Source: a virus (lineage: Duplodnaviria; Heunggongvirae; Uroviricota; Caudoviricetes). Taken from it: a stretch of 15,276 bases of DNA. The position numbers and the translations under genes were made by a program. Below are positions 5,325-14,342 of the stretch, one piece after another (position 1 is the first letter of the stretch; every line of letters begins with the position of its first letter). The notes below the pieces were generated by a model. The model saw only the letters and a program-made list of their open reading frames with translations. It did not search any database and was not told the origin of the DNA. The stretch covers positions 1 to 15,276 of the IMG/VR virus record IMGVR_UViG_2609459826_000005. One strand, 5' to 3'.

Positions 5325-7727
5325 ATGGCCAGCGAGGAGCAGGTAGGTAATATTGTCTATCAGGTGCAGATGGATGTTGCCAATCTTATTGAGGCGCAGC
5401 GTAAAGTAAACGAACGCCTTGAGAAGATGAATAGTGGAGTATCAAAAGCTGCCAGCAAGTTTGATGAGCTTCAGACCAGTATAAGCAGAGTAGCTGGCGC
5501 GATCGCTGCTTCAATTGTCGTTGAATGGGGGAAGGCATTTCTTGTAGCCGCTGACAATATGAGCCAACTTAACGCTCGAATTGAAAGGCTAACTGGTAGT
5601 GCTTCTGTCGCATCTCAGACCATGCAAAGTCTGATGAATATAAGCTCAACAACAGGAGGATCTCTCCAGGATACAGCCAAGCTGTGGGAAACGTTAAGCA
5701 CTGCGTTGCGGAGCACTGGTGCCACTAATGGCCAAATATTGCAGCTTACCGATACCCTTCAAAAAATTGGTCGAATTGGAGGCACATCTGCCGAGGAAAT
5801 GGCTAATGCGCTGCGCCAATTCGGACAGTCTATTTCATCCGGCGTTGTTAGAGCAGAAGAATTTAACTCTATTCTTGAGCAAATGCCTGAGTTGGCAAGG
5901 CAGATGGCGGCAGGGCTTGGAATTGGTATTGGTGAATTGCGTCAGTTGATGCTGGATGGGAAACTTTCTGCTCAAGATGCACTCAATGCAATTCAGAAGC
6001 AAACCAGCATCGTGAATGCAGAGTTCGCAAAATTGCCCCGCACCTTATCTCAGGCCAATGCTGCTCTTACCAATTCGTTTCTGTCAATGGTTGACTCAAT
6101 TAACCAGACTACAGGCGCGAGCAGAACCATGGTGGCTGTAATTGACTCCATCACCACAGCCATAGACAGGCTGACTGGGAAAACAGCTTCAGCAGCAGCT
6201 CAAATTTCCGATCTCAATAGCACAGCAGAGATGTTCGAGCGAAGGGCGAGGACATGGTCTTGGCTGGGCCTGGATGGTTGGGAGGCTCAAAGCAAGGCGC
6301 TTGCAGGGCTAAGCAACAAAGCTGCAGCTCTCGTTGGGGATATTTCTGCCGTGACCCAAGCCTCTCAAGAGGCCTCTAACACAAAGCCAATAAACATTAA
6401 AACGACCGGAGACGATGCGGCTACATCGAAGCTGATAAAAAACTCAGAGCGCCGCTTAGCGCTCGCCAAGCTGGAAGGTGAAGCCAGAGCCAGACTGCAG
6501 GCCCAATATGATGCAGCAGACGCTGGCATCACCGATCAGAAACGCATCAAAGCTCTTCAGGATGAATACGCAGAAACCTATCGGGTTACTGAGGCGCGGA
6601 AAGAGAGCAACAAAGAGGGCAAGACCTCCGCCTCGCAGGCTGAATCCATTGCTCAGAAACTGGCGAGCCTCAAACAGCAATCCGAACTCGCTGCAGATTC
6701 GACCAGTGAGTTGAGTCGAGAGCAGGCCATGCTAAGGGCCGAGCAATCCCTCGGCAGCGCCGCCACCCAGTCCCAGATTAAAGAGGCAAGGGAATACGCA
6801 GCCAGGACGTGGGACGTTGCTAATGCCCTGAAAATGCGTCAGCAGGCGGAGCAGGCCTCCCGGTTTATAAATCAGGAAGTGTCAGCTGCGAAGGTTCAAC
6901 GCGATCCTTACACAGGTGAAGCGCAGGACCCAGCCGCGCAGGTCAACGAGGAAGAGCAGCGTAAACTCGAGGCCCTGGCTAAATACCAGGAACTGGGCGT
7001 AATCAACGCGCAGCAGTTCGAAGACGGAAAGACGGCCATCGCAAGGCAGGCATCGAACGATCGCATCAGTATTGCCCAGCAGGAGGCTAAGCGTCAGGTT
7101 GACGTGATGAACATGCTGCTTGGCGGGATCGGTGATGGTTTCTCAGGCCTGGCTGAAATCGTGTCTAAAAGCGCTGGCGAAAGCAATGCCGCTTACAAGA
7201 CACTGTTCGCTATCAGTAAAGCCTTTGCGGTTGCTCAGTCCACTCTGAACCTTCAGCTTGCACTCTCAAACGCCATGGCCTCGGGTCCATTCCCCTGGAA
7301 CATGGCAGCAATGGCGCAGGTTGCTGCAGCTGGCGGCCAGGTGATCTCATCTATCGGCGCAATGTCATATGGTGGCGGGCGCGAACACGGCGGCCCGGTA
7401 TCTGCCAGCTCCATGTACCGTGTGGGCGAGGGCGGTAAACCTGAGATTTTCAAAGCCAGCAATGGCAGCCAGTACATGATCCCCGGCGATAACGGTCGCG
7501 TCATCAGTAACCGGGATATTGGCGGGGGTGGCGGGGCGTTCAATTACAGCCCGGTCATTCAGGTCAACGGTGATCCGACAGAGCAGACGCTTGCCATGCT
7601 TGAAGCGGCGGTTAAGCGCGGTGCGCAGCAAGGCTATGCCATGGCCGTCAGCGATGTCGCCAGCGGCAAAGGTAAGCTTTCCAACGCGCTGACCAACAAC
7701 TTCAACACCAGTCAACGCCTCACATAA
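5325..7727 (+). CDS. tail tape measure protein
   Basis: Long ORF (800 aa from ATG 5325; in-frame ATG also at 5310 but it abuts the terminator T-run, whereas CCCGGAG at 5313-5319 is a well-spaced RBS for 5325). Ala/Gln/Glu-rich coiled-coil-like middle, Gly-rich C-terminus, and position between chaperone and minor tail genes. Confidence 0.9.
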   Translation: MASEEQVGNIVYQVQMDVANLIEAQRKVNERLEKMNSGVSKAASKFDELQTSISRVAGAIAASIVVEWGKAFLVAADNMSQLNARIERLTGSASVASQTMQSLMNISSTTGGSLQDTAKLWETLSTALRSTGATNGQILQLTDTLQKIGRIGGTSAEEMANALRQFGQSISSGVVRAEEFNSILEQMPELARQMAAGLGIGIGELRQLMLDGKLSAQDALNAIQKQTSIVNAEFAKLPRTLSQANAALTNSFLSMVDSINQTTGASRTMVAVIDSITTAIDRLTGKTASAAAQISDLNSTAEMFERRARTWSWLGLDGWEAQSKALAGLSNKAAALVGDISAVTQASQEASNTKPINIKTTGDDAATSKLIKNSERRLALAKLEGEARARLQAQYDAADAGITDQKRIKALQDEYAETYRVTEARKESNKEGKTSASQAESIAQKLASLKQQSELAADSTSELSREQAMLRAEQSLGSAATQSQIKEAREYAARTWDVANALKMRQQAEQASRFINQEVSAAKVQRDPYTGEAQDPAAQVNEEEQRKLEALAKYQELGVINAQQFEDGKTAIARQASNDRISIAQQEAKRQVDVMNMLLGGIGDGFSGLAEIVSKSAGESNAAYKTLFAISKAFAVAQSTLNLQLALSNAMASGPFPWNMAAMAQVAAAGGQVISSIGAMSYGGGREHGGPVSASSMYRVGEGGKPEIFKASNGSQYMIPGDNGRVISNRDIGGGGGAFNYSPVIQVNGDPTEQTLAMLEAAVKRGAQQGYAMAVSDVASGKGKLSNALTNNFNTSQRLT

Positions 7728-7736
7728 GGAGTTCCC

Positions 7737-8207
7737 ATGGGGATCAGCAGCACCATTGATTTCCCGCACCAGTACCTACCAATGCCCCAGCGTTCCGGGC
7801 ATGGATTCACTCCCGTAAGCCCCCTCCAGCGTTCCATCATGACATCCGGCCGCACGCGCCAGCGTCGCAAATACACCTCGGTTCCGACTGAGGCGGGGGT
7901 TTCGTGGGTGTTTAATGATGCACAGGCGCAGCTGTTTGAGGTGTGGTTCAGGGATGTGATCACTGATGGCGCAGCGTGGTTCAACATGCGCATGCGCACG
8001 CCAATGGGCGTTGGTGACTACGTCTGCCGGTTCAAGGATATCTACGACGGGCCGGTGCTGTTCGGGTTAGGGTTCTGGAAATTCACGGCAACTCTGGAAC
8101 TGTGGGAACGTCCTATTCTGCCGCCTGGCTGGGGTAATTTCCCTGAGTTCATCGTGGGGCAGAGCATTATCGATTACGCGCTCAACAAGGAGTGGCCTGA
8201 AGCATGA
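7737..8207 (+). CDS. minor tail protein (distal tail/tip assembly)
   Basis: 156 aa; AAGGAG at 7725-7730; first gene after tape measure; stop overlaps next start. Confidence 0.6.
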   Translation: MGISSTIDFPHQYLPMPQRSGHGFTPVSPLQRSIMTSGRTRQRRKYTSVPTEAGVSWVFNDAQAQLFEVWFRDVITDGAAWFNMRMRTPMGVGDYVCRFKDIYDGPVLFGLGFWKFTATLELWERPILPPGWGNFPEFIVGQSIIDYALNKEWPEA

Positions 8208-8692
8208 CCAGTCCAACCCTGAACAGGCTTTACGCCAGCGGCGGCAGCGAGGCGCTACTGAATACGTTGCAGATTACCGTCGGTGGGCAGGATTACTGGC
8301 TGGTCGAGAACTTCGAAGATATCACCGCTGTTACAGAGGCGGGGGCGACAGTGACATTCCAGGCAGCTGCAATGGCCGTCGCGCTGCCAGCCAGGAACAA
8401 AGACGGTACGCAGGATCTGCAGTTCGCCATCAGCAACATTGACGGCATCGTTTCCACTGCGATACGCAACGCCCTGGCTAACCTGAACAACGGCGCGCTG
8501 GTAATGCGGCAGTACATATCGACCGACCTTAGCTACCCGGCGGCACCACCTATCGTTCTGCAGATTAAGGACGGGTACTGGAAGGCCACAGAGGTGCAAA
8601 TTACTGCCGGATTCCTGAATATCCTGAAAACCGCGTGGCCGCGATACCGATACACGCTTCCTGTGTTCCCGGGACTCCGCTACCTACAGTAG
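8204..8692 (+). CDS. minor tail protein
   Basis: 162 aa; ATG overlaps upstream stop (ATGA); AAGGAG 9 nt upstream; syntenic with lambda L-position genes though not recognisably lambda L. Confidence 0.6.
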   Translation: MTSPTLNRLYASGGSEALLNTLQITVGGQDYWLVENFEDITAVTEAGATVTFQAAAMAVALPARNKDGTQDLQFAISNIDGIVSTAIRNALANLNNGALVMRQYISTDLSYPAAPPIVLQIKDGYWKATEVQITAGFLNILKTAWPRYRYTLPVFPGLRYLQ

Positions 8693-8701
8693 GAAATCAC
8701 C

Positions 8702-9082
8702 ATGTTCAATCCAGATAAATACCGTTCTGTCGAGTGGCAGAAGGGCGGGCGCGCTTACCCCGCGCTTGACTGCTTTGGCATCGTCAACGAAATCAGGCGC
8801 GATCTGGGTCTGGATCCGTGGCCGGATTTCGCCGGAGTCACGAAGGATGATAACGGCCTAGATCGGGAAGCGCGCGGGCTGATTGCTGGCCTGACTCGAT
8901 GTGAACCGACCCCGGGCGCAGGTATCGCCTGTTATTCCGGCTCTGTTGTTACACACGTTGCCATCGTTGTCGAGATTGACGGCCAACTGCGCGCTGCGGA
9001 GTGCAATCCCCGCACTAACGTAACCTTTCTGCCGCTGGCGCGGTTTGCGCGCCGCTTTGTTCGCGTGGAGTATTACCAGTGA
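8702..9082 (+). CDS. NlpC/P60-family tail protein (gpK-like)
   Basis: 126 aa with putative catalytic Cys in ALDCFGIV and downstream His in VVTHVAIVVE, the Cys-His arrangement of NlpC/P60 peptidases; position equivalent to lambda K. Confidence 0.65.
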   Translation: MFNPDKYRSVEWQKGGRAYPALDCFGIVNEIRRDLGLDPWPDFAGVTKDDNGLDREARGLIAGLTRCEPTPGAGIACYSGSVVTHVAIVVEIDGQLRAAECNPRTNVTFLPLARFARRFVRVEYYQ

Positions 9083-12000
9083 CGATCCGTATCTATCCCT
9101 CCCGGTTGCCGGGCGAACCGTTGGAAACGCATCAACATGAAACGATGACCCTTAGCGCCTGGTTTGCGCAGAACGTGAAGGACTGGACGCCGGATCAGCA
9201 GCATCCGGTTGCGGTTGAAATCGACGGTGTCCCCGTCCCGCCGGCAGAGTGGACACTGCGCGTTATCAAGCGAGAAACAGACGTCAGGTTGTATCCGGTG
9301 CCATACGGTACCGGCGCAGAAATCGCTATCTGGGTTGCCGTCAGCGTAGCTGTCGCCTCTGCTGCGTACAGCATCTACATGATGAGTACAATGTCACAGG
9401 CGGGTGGCGGCGGTGCCCAGGCGGCCAGCGGAGACCAGATTGACCTCAACCCGGCCAAAGCGAACGCTGCGAAACTTGGTGATCCCATCCGGGAAATCTT
9501 CGGCAAATATCGGGTCTGGCCTGATTACGTTGTGCAGCCGGTAAGCCGGTTCGTCAACGAGACCAGCATGGAAACCAGCATGTTCCTGTGCGTGGGCGTC
9601 GGTGACATGGTGATTAACCAGTCCGATATCCGGATTGGCAATACGCCGATCTCCGCTTTCGGTACCGACGTGCGTTACACCATCTACCCACCTGGCACTA
9701 ATGTATCCGGCGACACGCGTACCGAAAACTGGTTCAACTCACCAGAGGTCGGGAATACCGGTTCCGGTACCGCCGGGCTGGACCTTGGCTCAAGCGGTCC
9801 GGAGACGGTCAGTATTATCGCTGACGCTCTGGTAGTGTCCGGAAACTCCATCACGCTCGTTGACGTATCGGCGTCAGGCGGCGATGAGGAGATCCCGCCG
9901 TCGTGGACTGTAGGAACGGTGATCACCGTGCTGGCGCCAAACTCTTATACGGTGGTGTCATCCGGCGGTTACAGCGTCATTTATGGCGGGATAGAGGAAC
10001 TTGCACCTTATGTCGGCATGCCGGTGACGCTGAACTATAACGGCAACGACTACGACCTGGTGATCGCCAGCTATGCCCCGGGCGTTCCGGCGGTACCCGG
10101 GGTTGGCGGCAGTGCCGCGACCTTAACCGCCAGCGCCGCGCCGACGACTTATGATTTCAGTACCGCACCTGTGACGTTCAGCATCAGCTGGCAGGGTACG
10201 ACCTACCCGGTCTCGCTGGTTACCAATTACGTCACCATGTCGGGTCTGGTTTCCTCGATCACCTCGCAGCTCTCAGGCTCCGGTCTGATTGCCAGAGATA
10301 ACAGTGGGCGTCTCGAAATCGGTGAGGCCAGCAGCCCGTTCGCTGGCGGTTCCATAACCAACAGCCCTTTACCCGCTGCTGTGTTCGGCGATGCGCCAGT
10401 CAATAAGGCGGGCGTGAAATCAACGGGCGGCACGGCGGAAGTCAGGGCGCACATTACCCTGGCTTACAACAGCGCCACCGGCACGCCGTTTACCGGGTTA
10501 CCGGAAGGCATTCAGCGGTTCTCGCTGGGGTTGGCTGGCAATCAGTTCCGGATCACCGATGTGGACAGCCAGACGGTCACGATTGAGCGGTTAACTGTGA
10601 CAACAGGCTCTGGCGGTGAAACCATCACGACGCCGGATCCATCGTGGCCTGGCTTCACTGAGCGCATGCTGCTGGATGCGACTGTAACGGGTGTCAGTGA
10701 CGATTATGAGTGGGTCGGCCCGTTCCTGGCCTGCCCGGACGGGGAAACGCTGGACGCATTCGAGGTGAACATCAACTTCCAGAGCGGCCTGGTGCGTTAT
10801 ACCGACCAGGGGAATAAACGCTCCATGCCGGTACGCCTGGTGATCCAGTATCGCAAGGTCGGCACCACCGCCTGGCAGCAGCAGTCTCCGTTCTATTCAC
10901 GCAGCACTGAAAACCAGATCGGGTTTACGCATCGCTACAGTGTGTCGCCGGGCCAATATGAGATCCGGATGCGCCGCACTGAACCGGTTAAGGGGGGCAG
11001 TACCCGCGACCAGGTATTCTGGCAGGCGCTGCGCTCACGACTCAGCAAGCGCCCCACGAAGTACAATGGTGTCACCACCATGGCGCTGACCGTGCGCACA
11101 GGGAATCGCCTGGCGGCCATGTCCGATCGCCGGATAAGCGTCACGCCAACCCGGATTTACAGTGGCGGCAGAACGGCGCGGAGCATTAGCGGGGCGCTTT
11201 ACCACGTCCTAGGGTCGCTGGGGTTCACGGCCAGTCAGATAGATACGGCGGCAATTGACGCGCTGGAACAAACCTACTGGACGCCACGCGGTGAGAAGTT
11301 CGACTGGGCGAGCGGGGAGAGCAAGTCAGCGCTTGAGGTATTGCAGAAAATCACCAACGCAGGGATGGGGTATTTTCTGCTGTCTGATGGGCTGGCGTCT
11401 GCCGGCAGGGAAGGCATTAAACCCTGGGTAGGCATGATCACCCCTCAGGAAACCACCGAGGAGCTGCAGACCGCGTTTAAAGCCCCGTCACAGGACGATT
11501 ACGACGGTGTGGACGTGACGTATATCAACGGCACCACCTGGGCAGAGGAGACCGTGCAGTGTCGCCTGCCTGGCAATCCTACGCCGTTGAAAATCGAGAG
11601 CTATACGCTGGATGGTGTTCTGGATGAGGACCGGGCCTACCGCATCGGCATGCGCCGGTTGCTGGGCTACCAGCTGCAGCGCCTGCAGCACACCACCTAC
11701 ACCGAGATGGATGCGCTCTGCTATGAGTTCATGGATCGCATAGTGCTGGCCGATGACATCCCGGGCAGCCAGACTCTTAGTTGCCTGATTACCGATATGA
11801 CGTATGACAGCAGCAAAATTACCATGACGCTAAGTGAGCCGCCGGACTGGTCGTTCCAGAACCCGCGCGTGATTATCCGCCATCAGGATGGCAGGGCATC
11901 AGCCATGGTGGTGCCGACACGCATTGACGACTTCACCATCTCGGTGCCGTACAGCGCCGCGCTGGAGCCCGAACTGTGGGCAATGAACGACGCGTACATT

Positions 12001-12165
12001 GAGCCGCCGCGACTGCTGTTCTGCTCGTCTGTGCGGGTGCCGTATGACGCCCTGGTAGGCGAAATATCACCGGGAAACGACGGTATCAGTCAGGTAACAG
12101 CAATTCAGTATCACCCCGGAAAATATGCCTACGATGACGCCACTTACCCCGGCGACGTTACTTAA
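9079..12165 (+). CDS. central tail fibre / tail tip protein with gpI-like N-terminal domain and gpJ-like core
   Basis: 1028 aa; GTG start overlaps upstream stop (GTGA). N-terminal ~200 aa resembles lambda gpI organisation (short soluble domain, hydrophobic stretch IAIWVAVSVAVASAAYSIYMM, then a PAKANAAKLG...IFGKYRV segment). Further in, QYEIRMRRTEPVKGGSTRDQVFWQALRS matches the lambda J NIRMRR...TLW motif as recalled. Confidence 0.75.
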   Translation: MTIRIYPSRLPGEPLETHQHETMTLSAWFAQNVKDWTPDQQHPVAVEIDGVPVPPAEWTLRVIKRETDVRLYPVPYGTGAEIAIWVAVSVAVASAAYSIYMMSTMSQAGGGGAQAASGDQIDLNPAKANAAKLGDPIREIFGKYRVWPDYVVQPVSRFVNETSMETSMFLCVGVGDMVINQSDIRIGNTPISAFGTDVRYTIYPPGTNVSGDTRTENWFNSPEVGNTGSGTAGLDLGSSGPETVSIIADALVVSGNSITLVDVSASGGDEEIPPSWTVGTVITVLAPNSYTVVSSGGYSVIYGGIEELAPYVGMPVTLNYNGNDYDLVIASYAPGVPAVPGVGGSAATLTASAAPTTYDFSTAPVTFSISWQGTTYPVSLVTNYVTMSGLVSSITSQLSGSGLIARDNSGRLEIGEASSPFAGGSITNSPLPAAVFGDAPVNKAGVKSTGGTAEVRAHITLAYNSATGTPFTGLPEGIQRFSLGLAGNQFRITDVDSQTVTIERLTVTTGSGGETITTPDPSWPGFTERMLLDATVTGVSDDYEWVGPFLACPDGETLDAFEVNINFQSGLVRYTDQGNKRSMPVRLVIQYRKVGTTAWQQQSPFYSRSTENQIGFTHRYSVSPGQYEIRMRRTEPVKGGSTRDQVFWQALRSRLSKRPTKYNGVTTMALTVRTGNRLAAMSDRRISVTPTRIYSGGRTARSISGALYHVLGSLGFTASQIDTAAIDALEQTYWTPRGEKFDWASGESKSALEVLQKITNAGMGYFLLSDGLASAGREGIKPWVGMITPQETTEELQTAFKAPSQDDYDGVDVTYINGTTWAEETVQCRLPGNPTPLKIESYTLDGVLDEDRAYRIGMRRLLGYQLQRLQHTTYTEMDALCYEFMDRIVLADDIPGSQTLSCLITDMTYDSSKITMTLSEPPDWSFQNPRVIIRHQDGRASAMVVPTRIDDFTISVPYSAALEPELWAMNDAYIEPPRLLFCSSVRVPYDALVGEISPGNDGISQVTAIQYHPGKYAYDDATYPGDVT

Positions 12166-12184
12166 CAGCATTTAAAAATTACCT

Positions 12185-12206
12185 GACCCGCTTCGGCGGG
12201 TTTTTT
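12185..12206 (+). terminator. rho-independent terminator (CCCGC-TTCG-GCGGG + T6) abutting the fibre gene
   Basis: 5 bp GC stem 12187-12191/12196-12200, tetraloop, six T at 12201-12206. Confidence 0.7.
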
Positions 12207-12221
12207 ATGCCCGGAGCGAGC

Positions 12222-13889
12222 ATGACCACATACCGCACGAATAATCCATTTGGGTCAATGGATCCGAAAGACCTTTTCGATAACTCCCAGAATCTTGACT
12301 ATGCCCTAAACGATATAACAAAATCCTTGTGGACAGACCGCTTAGGAAGAGTAAGGAAAAGTTATTGGGGAATGGAGCAGGCTTTTTCTGCTCAACTTAT
12401 CAGCCAGCAGCAAAGATTTAATTATTTCATTCAGAATTCAGGGTATAAAGTAATTGGTGAATATACCCAAGGTCCTCTGACTGTTACTGATTATAATCAA
12501 CTGATTCGCTATCAGAGTGAATTTTATAAATTAAATTCTTCTACTTCCATTCCATTTACCACTACGGGCAATGACTCCACGTCATGGTCAAACGATTCTT
12601 CACATTTTGTCAGTGTAGGGGATGCGGCCATTCGCCAAGAATTATCTGGTGCTGGCGGCTCAGGTTTGATTGGAGATTTACTCAAGCCTATCACGTGGGA
12701 TGGGTTTTCTGGAGGAGCGGCCTGGGACGGTGTAACCAATGATAATATTCCCTACCAGGCGGCAGCTCAATATGGTCGAAAATTTTTAATGCCATATGGC
12801 GTTGGAAATATAACAGAGTATTCAGTAGGTCTTTTTGCGCCGAATTTCTCTGTTCTTGGTGAGGCAGAGCAATTAGGCTCATTGCAATATCCTGTTGATG
12901 ATTTCCGTCCATCAAGGACGGATACAAAATACTCAAAGTATCACGAAACGGATCCAGCATCTAATCGATGGGATTCCTGTTCTATACATACAATTGTTAA
13001 ATGTCCTCAGGACGGTGCTAATCCAAAAGGAAATGCGGCAGCTGTAACTGGATATGCCAGGGCTATCAATAGCGAGGGTGGTGATCATGTTGGCGTACAT
13101 GGTAGAGCAGAAGGTGATACCAGTTACGACTTCGGTACTGGGATGGGGTTGTGGGGTGGATGGCTGTCAGCCGTTTACAGACCTAATACAGGCTCAGCTG
13201 GGAAGCCAATAAAGTCTATTATTGGTTGTGAGATTGACGTGCAAAATGATGGGCCACACGCACAAAACCCCAATCCGGATGGTGTTGGTGAGCTGCGTGG
13301 TCTCGCGGTAGGGAATACTGGCACCGGCCATCTTAATCAAGGCGTTGATGTATTCGCTAACAATAGCGGTGCGCGTGGAAGGTGGTGGATGGGCGTTCAC
13401 GTACGTGCTAATTCCATTGTAGGAAGACATCTGGTATCAACAGAGGGGGAAGTTGGTAATGCAATGGTGATTGCTGGAGCGGCATCGTCAGGGACGCGTT
13501 ACGGCGGATTAAAATTTAGTAAATATCCCTACACAGCGGTAGGACAAGGAGGTCATCTTTCTTATGGAATTGATTTCAGGGAGGCAACAATTCGCTTACA
13601 AAACGCGATTGTAATGGGGCCTCAGCACCGGATTACATGGGAGCCTGACACTGCAAAGGGTGTTGCGGTAGAGACAGAGGGAGGGGATGTAATTACTTTC
13701 CGGGGATATAACATAGCCATAAATAACTCCAAAGTTTTGGGGACTAGGCAAACTGGTATTTTTAATATGTCGGGGACGGCAGATGGAACCTCATACAATA
13801 CAGAAACCGTCACACTTGTAAATCTTGCCAGATACCTCAAGAAAGTAACTGATGCATTAATATTTCATGGCCTTATTGGCCCAACTTGA
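12222..13889 (+). CDS. tail fibre / tailspike protein (putative receptor-binding protein, possible depolymerase)
   Basis: 555 aa from ATG 12222 (in-frame ATG at 12207 abuts the terminator; CCCGGAG RBS serves 12222). Last large gene of the tail cluster; visibly lower GC than neighbours; Gly/Asn/Thr-rich C-terminal half suggestive of a beta-rich binding or enzymatic domain. Confidence 0.65.
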   Translation: MTTYRTNNPFGSMDPKDLFDNSQNLDYALNDITKSLWTDRLGRVRKSYWGMEQAFSAQLISQQQRFNYFIQNSGYKVIGEYTQGPLTVTDYNQLIRYQSEFYKLNSSTSIPFTTTGNDSTSWSNDSSHFVSVGDAAIRQELSGAGGSGLIGDLLKPITWDGFSGGAAWDGVTNDNIPYQAAAQYGRKFLMPYGVGNITEYSVGLFAPNFSVLGEAEQLGSLQYPVDDFRPSRTDTKYSKYHETDPASNRWDSCSIHTIVKCPQDGANPKGNAAAVTGYARAINSEGGDHVGVHGRAEGDTSYDFGTGMGLWGGWLSAVYRPNTGSAGKPIKSIIGCEIDVQNDGPHAQNPNPDGVGELRGLAVGNTGTGHLNQGVDVFANNSGARGRWWMGVHVRANSIVGRHLVSTEGEVGNAMVIAGAASSGTRYGGLKFSKYPYTAVGQGGHLSYGIDFREATIRLQNAIVMGPQHRITWEPDTAKGVAVETEGGDVITFRGYNIAINNSKVLGTRQTGIFNMSGTADGTSYNTETVTLVNLARYLKKVTDALIFHGLIGPT

Positions 13890-13915
13890 TTTAATAAATA
13901 TTCTGAGGATAATAA

Positions 13916-14083
13916 ATGGACAGCCAAGTAGTACAAAATATCATGCAATTTATGCTGCGTGTTAATCTTTCCGGACAGGAGGTCCCGGCGTTTAATGTTG
14001 CAATGAATGCATTGCAGGAAGAGTTGATCAAAAGTGAAAAAAACCATGAAAGGGAGGTTGAATAATGGCTTTGAAAACAAATG
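13916..14083 (+). CDS. small hypothetical protein (55 aa)
   Basis: ATG 13916 with GAGGA 6 nt upstream, in an AT-rich stretch right after the fibre gene; overlaps the next ORF by 19 nt. Below the 60 aa cut-off of the supplied ORF track; found by manual translation. Confidence 0.3.
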
Positions 14084-14310
14084 ATGCCGGTTCAGGGTTA
14101 TATATACGCGTCGAGTTACCACGCGTACATGGCAAATACCGTGCGCAGTTTGACCTTGTTCAATATGTTAACCACCCTGTCACAGGAGATAAGGCGGAAG
14201 TGGGTCGTGAAACAATGGAGTGTGATTACGATCTGAATGGAGCTAATGTAATTGAGCAATGCTACTTTTACGCCAAGGCCAAGGTGCCTTTTGGAGTTTT
14301 AGATTGCTAG
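14065..14310 (+). CDS. hypothetical protein (81 aa)
   Basis: ATG 14065 preceded by strong RBS AAGGGAGG at 14048-14056; no recognisable motif. Confidence 0.45.
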   Translation: MALKTNDAGSGLYIRVELPRVHGKYRAQFDLVQYVNHPVTGDKAEVGRETMECDYDLNGANVIEQCYFYAKAKVPFGVLDC

Positions 14311-14342
14311 GCTCTCGCGCAGATCTCTCTCCGATTGCACAT

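Noticed and set aside
5164-5346. 60 aa + strand ORF
   Set aside because: Runs from inside the lipoprotein gene across the intrinsic terminator into the tape measure start; out of frame with both and not plausible.
7253-7999. Minus-strand ORFs of 96, 134 and 95 aa (7253-7543, 7365-7769, 7712-7999)
   Set aside because: They lie antisense within the tape measure gene and the following minor tail gene, have no convincing RBS and Pro/Arg-rich composition typical of antisense translation of GC-rich coding DNA.
9249-11691. Short ORFs in other frames and strands inside the J-like gene (9249-9443, 9635-9835, 9684-9926, 10227-10454, 10935-11144, 11488-11691)
   Set aside because: All nested within a long uninterrupted ORF carrying a recognisable motif; products are Arg/Pro-rich with no start signals.
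13865-14122. Minus-strand 85 aa ORF in the AT-rich region after the fibre gene
   Set aside because: The + strand ORFs in the same DNA have strong RBSs (GAGGA, AAGGGAGG) and run with the rest of the cluster; the minus ORF lacks a recognisable RBS. The coding strand here nevertheless remains somewhat uncertain.
14259-14342. Listed start of the 116 aa ORF at 14259
   Set aside because: This start lies inside the preceding 81 aa ORF (14065-14310); the membrane protein more plausibly begins at ATG 14343.
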